Positions 59,217 to 64,000 of a stretch of DNA of 64,000 nucleotides are shown piece by piece. Below the pieces are notes generated by a model. It was not told where the DNA came from and did no database searches. It was given only the letters and a program-made list of their open reading frames with translations. Location: the NCBI GenBank assembly GCA_965218795.1, contig OZ244653.1:4928001-4992000 (forward strand). The letters run 5' to 3'. Both the position numbers and the translations under genes were made by a program. The stretch is from a bacterium (GTDB lineage: Bacteria; UBA8248; JACPRG01; G963555815). How positions within the stretch are numbered: position 1 is the stretch's first letter; each line of letters begins with the position of its first letter.

Positions 59217-61844
59217 TTGGCAGAGCAGCCTTTTCATCTTCTGGTCTTCCCCCGCGCAAGGAAGATTCCACCGCCGATGGGAAGCGGGTTTCCACTCAAA
59301 AAACCACATCTGCCAGATCATTCAAGACAAGTCGAGCGGCTGAGTGGGCAACTGGCTGAACTGGAGCAAGAGTTTTCCCGTTACAAGGCCAGCGTCAGCA
59401 CCACTGTGACTGGACTTGAGCCGGAAATGGCGCTGGTTATTGAGATCGCCGGGACCATTGAGGATTTCAAGCAGGCTATCGAGGCCACGGAAGGGCTGGA
59501 ATGGCTTGGAGAATGGGATGTCAAGGAGATGCAACCGGACGAGGACTTCTACGAGATAAACCAGCAGGGGGATAGGCAGGACAAGCCGATGAGTGGCCGA
59601 CTGTTCCTGTTCATGCAGAACGAGAACGGGTTGAGAGAGTTGCTGGCGCTTTGGAACCGCTGGGAAAAAGACCAGATATTACCGAGAGGCAAGACCAAAT
59701 GGCGTGACGTATTCAGCCAGACACGACGAATCCGTCGGTGGGGGCTTGAGGAAACCCTGCGGGAAACAGGGATGATTGAACGTTGGCGAGACCTCCGCGA
59801 TCCGGTCAAACCCGTGGAGGAAGTTCATTGCCAGATTGAGTTGTTTTACCGGAGAAGCCCCGAAAAGCGGAAAGAAGTAGAGGCGAACATCAGAGAGCTG
59901 CTTGAGGAGATCAAAGGTGAAACCTTGAGCCAGTTTCTCGACATGGAAAATATTGGCTTTCACGCCGTCAAGGCCAAGCTTCCTGCCGAACAAGTACGTC
60001 GGCTTTTGGGCTTTCTGGATTCAAACGCTAATGCTCTGAATATTCACTTGTTTATGTTTCCTGGCGTCATGTACTTCCGACCGACAGGGCAAAGCTTGGC
60101 GACAATGGGCGATGAGCCCGGTACGGAAATGGAGTTTCCCGATGGTGCCCCCGAGTCACCCCCAATAGCCGCGATTTTGGATGGCGTTCCAAGTCTGGAA
60201 CATAACGCATTAAGGGGCAGGTTGCTTTTCGATGATCCCGACAACCTGTCCTCCGAGTATCAGCCGGGTGAGAGAAGACACGGTACTGCCATAGCTTCCC
60301 TGGTGGTTCACGGAGAACTTCATAACGGCCAATCCAATCCACTGACCAGGCAGGTGTACTGCTTGCCGGTGATGCAACCAGATGTGGACGCAAGGAAAGT
60401 TGGCAAATATCAAGAGCATATTCCGGATGAGGTTTTCTTCGAGGACCGGATTGAACGGGCCGTGCGGCGTATGTTGGAGGGTGATGGCAACATACCGGCA
60501 CAGGCGGCAGACGTCAAGATAATCAACCTTTCGATTTGTGACCCTGAACGGCCGTTCCTTCACACCCCCAGTCCCTGGGCGAGGTTGCTTGACTGGTTGT
60601 CCTGGAAATACCGGGTGCTGTTCTGCGTAAGCGTGGGCAATTTTGTGGGAGACATTGACGTGGAAACGCCGTATGCCAATTTTGCGGTATTGCTGAACGA
60701 TCAAAAAGTCGATCATACCTTGAAAAGGATTGCCAAACAGCTATCCCAACGGCGTTTGCTGTCACCCGCCGAATCGTTGAACGCGCTGACGGTCGGAGCC
60801 TTGCACAAGGACGAGTCCGGCGGTTACACGCCAGGACAACGCGTGGACCTGCTGCCTGACGACTCACTGTTCAGCCCGATTTCCCGGTTTGGGTACGGCT
60901 TTCGGCGCTCGGTCAAGCCTGAAATTCTGCTCCCAGGCGGTCGCCAACTTTATAGAATGCCCGCTACTAATAGCGAACAACGTTTCTTTCCAGATATGGC
61001 AGTGCAGAACCCCGGGCAGTGCGTGGCATCGGACAACCCGCAGTCCAGGACAACAGTTACCCGGGGAACGAGTAATGCGACCGCGCTTGCGACCAGGGGC
61101 GCTTCGAGGATTTACGAAGTGCTGGCCGACTTGAAACAGCAGCATAATGTCCAGCTTCCGGATAATCTGATTGCAGTCCTCATCAAAACCCTGCTGGTCC
61201 ATGGAGCTCAACAGAACGCCCATGCAAAGGGGACGCTTGCGCGGGCGCTTAAGAATCCGACTAACTCCCGTCGCTTCAAAGCATTGACAGCACGTTACAT
61301 TGGCTATGGGGCCGTGGATGTGGAACGTGTGCTGAATTGCACTCAACAACGAGCTACGGTCTTGGGTAGTGGAGAAATCAGCCAAAACCAAGTCCACGAA
61401 TATCGTTTTCCGTTGCCAATCGGGCTATCCGGCCAAGAGGAATGGCGACGTATGGTCGTAACCCTGGCTTGGTTTTCGCCAATTAACCCTAACCACCGGA
61501 ATCTTCGTGAAGCGAAACTTTCGGTTCAACCGGATAACAAATGGTCGGACGTACCCTTGAAGCTGGCTAGAGTTAACAGTGATCACGATCAAGTCAAACG
61601 CGGGACGGTGCAGCATGAAGTCCTCGAAGGGCAGGACCAAATTTCGGCTTATCGACAAGGCGACCATATCCTGCTGCACGTGACATGCAAAGCCGACGCC
61701 ACTGACAGTTTGGATCAGGCGATTCCCTACGGATTAGCCGTCACGCTGGAAGTCGCCGAGACTGTCAACATTCCCATCTACGATCAAATACGCGTCCAAA
61801 TTCAGCCACCGATAGTCGTTGGTACAAGCGGGTCGAATCCGTAA
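59217..61844 (+). CDS. S8 subtilisin-like protease (IetS/Y4bN-like)
   Basis: Triad ILDG, HGTAIAS, GTSNA; IINLS; SPAESLNALTVGA; VKPE; RGTVQH; TTG start after GAGAGG. Confidence 0.9.
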   Translation: MAEQPFHLLVFPRARKIPPPMGSGFPLKKPHLPDHSRQVERLSGQLAELEQEFSRYKASVSTTVTGLEPEMALVIEIAGTIEDFKQAIEATEGLEWLGEWDVKEMQPDEDFYEINQQGDRQDKPMSGRLFLFMQNENGLRELLALWNRWEKDQILPRGKTKWRDVFSQTRRIRRWGLEETLRETGMIERWRDLRDPVKPVEEVHCQIELFYRRSPEKRKEVEANIRELLEEIKGETLSQFLDMENIGFHAVKAKLPAEQVRRLLGFLDSNANALNIHLFMFPGVMYFRPTGQSLATMGDEPGTEMEFPDGAPESPPIAAILDGVPSLEHNALRGRLLFDDPDNLSSEYQPGERRHGTAIASLVVHGELHNGQSNPLTRQVYCLPVMQPDVDARKVGKYQEHIPDEVFFEDRIERAVRRMLEGDGNIPAQAADVKIINLSICDPERPFLHTPSPWARLLDWLSWKYRVLFCVSVGNFVGDIDVETPYANFAVLLNDQKVDHTLKRIAKQLSQRRLLSPAESLNALTVGALHKDESGGYTPGQRVDLLPDDSLFSPISRFGYGFRRSVKPEILLPGGRQLYRMPATNSEQRFFPDMAVQNPGQCVASDNPQSRTTVTRGTSNATALATRGASRIYEVLADLKQQHNVQLPDNLIAVLIKTLLVHGAQQNAHAKGTLARALKNPTNSRRFKALTARYIGYGAVDVERVLNCTQQRATVLGSGEISQNQVHEYRFPLPIGLSGQEEWRRMVVTLAWFSPINPNHRNLREAKLSVQPDNKWSDVPLKLARVNSDHDQVKRGTVQHEVLEGQDQISAYRQGDHILLHVTCKADATDSLDQAIPYGLAVTLEVAETVNIPIYDQIRVQIQPPIVVGTSGSNP

Positions 61845-64000
61845 TGGCCCTCCACCCGGACTTCCCCAAATCTCCTCACGCGATCCTCGACCCGGACATC
61901 CGCTGGTTCCCGGCGGACGAGGACCTGCGCGAGACCAGCATGGAAAAGCTGATGCCTCCGCTGGTGGCACAGCTTCGCCGCAAGGTGAAAGAGTTCCGCG
62001 ACGGCGGCTATGCCGGCACGAGCAACACCAGCAAGAGCCTACTGAACTGGTGGTTCAGGGAACCGCATTTAACCCCCCAGAATCCCTCCCTGACAGGGAG
62101 GGACCAAGGCATGGCGGAATTTCAATACTTCTTCGCCCAGCGGGAGGCGCTGGAGACAATCATCTACCTCTATGACGTGGCGGGGGCGAAGGACAAGTTC
62201 GACCTGATGCGCTTCGACAGCTCGGGCGCGGTAGCCGCGGGCATGTTCGACGAGACTTGGCGGCGCTGCGTGATCAAGATGGCCACGGGAAGCGGCAAGA
62301 CGAAGGTGATGAGCCTCGCGCTGGCCTGGAACTTTTTCCACAAGCTCTATGAGCCGGACTCAGGAATGGCCCGCAATTTCCTGATCATTGCCCCCAACAT
62401 CATCGTGCTGGATCGTCTCTACAGGGACTTCCGGGGCCTGCGCGTCTTCTTCGAGGATCCGGTGCTGCCGGATAACGGTTATGAAGGGCGCAACTGGCGG
62501 GACGACTTCCAGCTTACCCTCCACAAGCAGGACGAGGTGCGCGTCACGCGGCCGACCGGAAACATCTTCCTGACCAACGTCCACCGCGTCTACTCGGGCG
62601 ACGACATTCCGTCTTCGCCCCATGACGAGAACACGATGGACTATTTTTTAGGCAGGCGTCCAACGGGCGCGACGACGGATTCGAGCGTAGACCTGGGCAT
62701 GATCGTGCGCGACATCGACGAACTGATGGTGCTCAACGACGAGGCGCATCACATCCACAATGAAAATCTCGCGTGGTTCAAATCCATCGAGGACATTCAC
62801 AACCGACTCTTACAGAAAGGCAGCGGTCTGAGCTTGCAGGTGGACGTGACCGCCACGCCGAAGCACAACAACGGTGCCATCTTCGTGCAGACGGTCGCGG
62901 ACTATCCACTGGTGGAGGCGATTTCCCAGAACGTGGTGAAGCACCCTGTCCTGCCCGACGCCGCCAGCCGGGCGAAACTCTCGGAACGACAGAGCGTCAA
63001 GTACACCGAGAAGTATGAGGACTATCTCGATTTAGGCGTGATTGAGTGGCGCAAGGCGTATGCAGAACATGAAAAGCTGGGCAAGAAGGCCATCCTGTTC
63101 GTGATGACCGACGACACCAGGAACTGCGACGAGGTCGCCGAGTATCTGGAAGGTCGTTACCCCGACCTCAAGAATGCGGTTCTGGTCATTCATACCAAGA
63201 ACAATGGCGAGATTTCCGAGGCTGCATCGGGAAGGGCCAAAGCGGAATTGGAAAAGTTGCGCGATCAATCCAACAAGATTGATGAGCCGGACAGTCCTTA
63301 CAAGGTGATTGTCTCGGTTCTCATGCTCAAGGAAGGCTGGGACGTTCGGAACGTCACCACCATTGTCGGCCTGCGCGCGTATTCTGCGAAAAGCAACATC
63401 TTGCCCGAACAGACCCTCGGGCGTGGCCTGCGAAGGATGTATCCAGAGAACAATATCCAAGAGTATGTAAGCGTCGTGGGTACGGATGCGTTCATGGAGT
63501 TCGTAGAATCGGTCCAGGCCGAGGGTGTGGAACTCGAACGCGCGCCGATGGGCGACGGCACCGGGGCCAAGACGCCGCTTGTCGTAGAGATCGACGACGA
63601 GAATGAGAAAAAGGATATCGAAGCCCTGGATATTGAGATCTCGGTGCTCACGCCCCGCGTCTACCGCGAATACAAAAATCTCGCGGACTTGGACGCGAGC
63701 ACCATAGAACATCAGTGCGTGCCCTATCAGCAATTCAGCGAGGAGGAGCAGCGAGAGATCGTCTTCAAGGACATCACCACCGGCGAGGTGACTCATACCA
63801 CGATCCTGGATTCGGCGGGCTTGGCCGACTATCGAAGCGTGATCGGGTATTTCGCCCAGACCATCATGAAGGAACTGCGGCTGGTCAGCGGGTACGACGT
63901 GCTTTTCGGCAAGATCAAGGCATTCGTGCAGATCGGACTGTTCGACCGGACCGTTGATCTTGAGCATCCCAACACGCTCCGCAACCTGTCGGAACTGGCC
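61844..64000 (+). CDS. res: Type III restriction subunit (SF2 helicase), 3' end beyond the window
   Basis: Manual translation: MALHPDFPKSP..., FFAQREA, KMATGSGKT, LNDEAHH, TATP, MLKEGWD, EQTLGRGLR; open to the window end. Confidence 0.9.
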   Translation, partial: MALHPDFPKSPHAILDPDIRWFPADEDLRETSMEKLMPPLVAQLRRKVKEFRDGGYAGTSNTSKSLLNWWFREPHLTPQNPSLTGRDQGMAEFQYFFAQREALETIIYLYDVAGAKDKFDLMRFDSSGAVAAGMFDETWRRCVIKMATGSGKTKVMSLALAWNFFHKLYEPDSGMARNFLIIAPNIIVLDRLYRDFRGLRVFFEDPVLPDNGYEGRNWRDDFQLTLHKQDEVRVTRPTGNIFLTNVHRVYSGDDIPSSPHDENTMDYFLGRRPTGATTDSSVDLGMIVRDIDELMVLNDEAHHIHNENLAWFKSIEDIHNRLLQKGSGLSLQVDVTATPKHNNGAIFVQTVADYPLVEAISQNVVKHPVLPDAASRAKLSERQSVKYTEKYEDYLDLGVIEWRKAYAEHEKLGKKAILFVMTDDTRNCDEVAEYLEGRYPDLKNAVLVIHTKNNGEISEAASGRAKAELEKLRDQSNKIDEPDSPYKVIVSVLMLKEGWDVRNVTTIVGLRAYSAKSNILPEQTLGRGLRRMYPENNIQEYVSVVGTDAFMEFVESVQAEGVELERAPMGDGTGAKTPLVVEIDDENEKKDIEALDIEISVLTPRVYREYKNLADLDASTIEHQCVPYQQFSEEEQREIVFKDITTGEVTHTTILDSAGLADYRSVIGYFAQTIMKELRLVSGYDVLFGKIKAFVQIGLFDRTVDLEHPNTLRNLSELA

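Overview
GC-rich bacterial chromosomal window, probably from a metagenome or long-read assembly. The short secreted ankyrin protein hints at a host-associated lineage, but that is inference. Core and metabolic content, left to right: partial class V aminotransferase, hemW, bactofilin, a Rieske/split cytochrome b (b6-type) complex with an octaheme cytochrome c, TrpB2, a nitrilase-family protein lacking the catalytic Cys, SigZ+DUF2703, LLM monooxygenase, BoxB-like di-iron protein+GNAT, RND efflux pair, HDAC, amidohydrolases, hisC, two xanthine-dehydrogenase-family Mo enzymes, an ATPase-less metal ABC module, and class II RNR (nrdJ) with an NrdR box. Features the ORF track hides: (1) two probable selenoproteins, a secreted peroxiredoxin (TPGU) and a DsbA-like protein (CxxCxxU), each with an in-frame UGA followed by a SECIS-like hairpin; (2) two inverted 733-bp IS1595/IS1016-type copies whose flanks suggest the 15.6 kb between them was inverted; (3) a type III R-M operon with an AAA-ATPase/S8-protease pair inserted exactly at the mod/res junction between TAATGGC repeats, plus palindromic REP-like elements in-frame within mod and res; (4) many gene remnants and short-indel frameshifts. 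I found no rRNA, tRNA or CRISPR array. All family assignments come from motif recognition by eye; no database searches were run.
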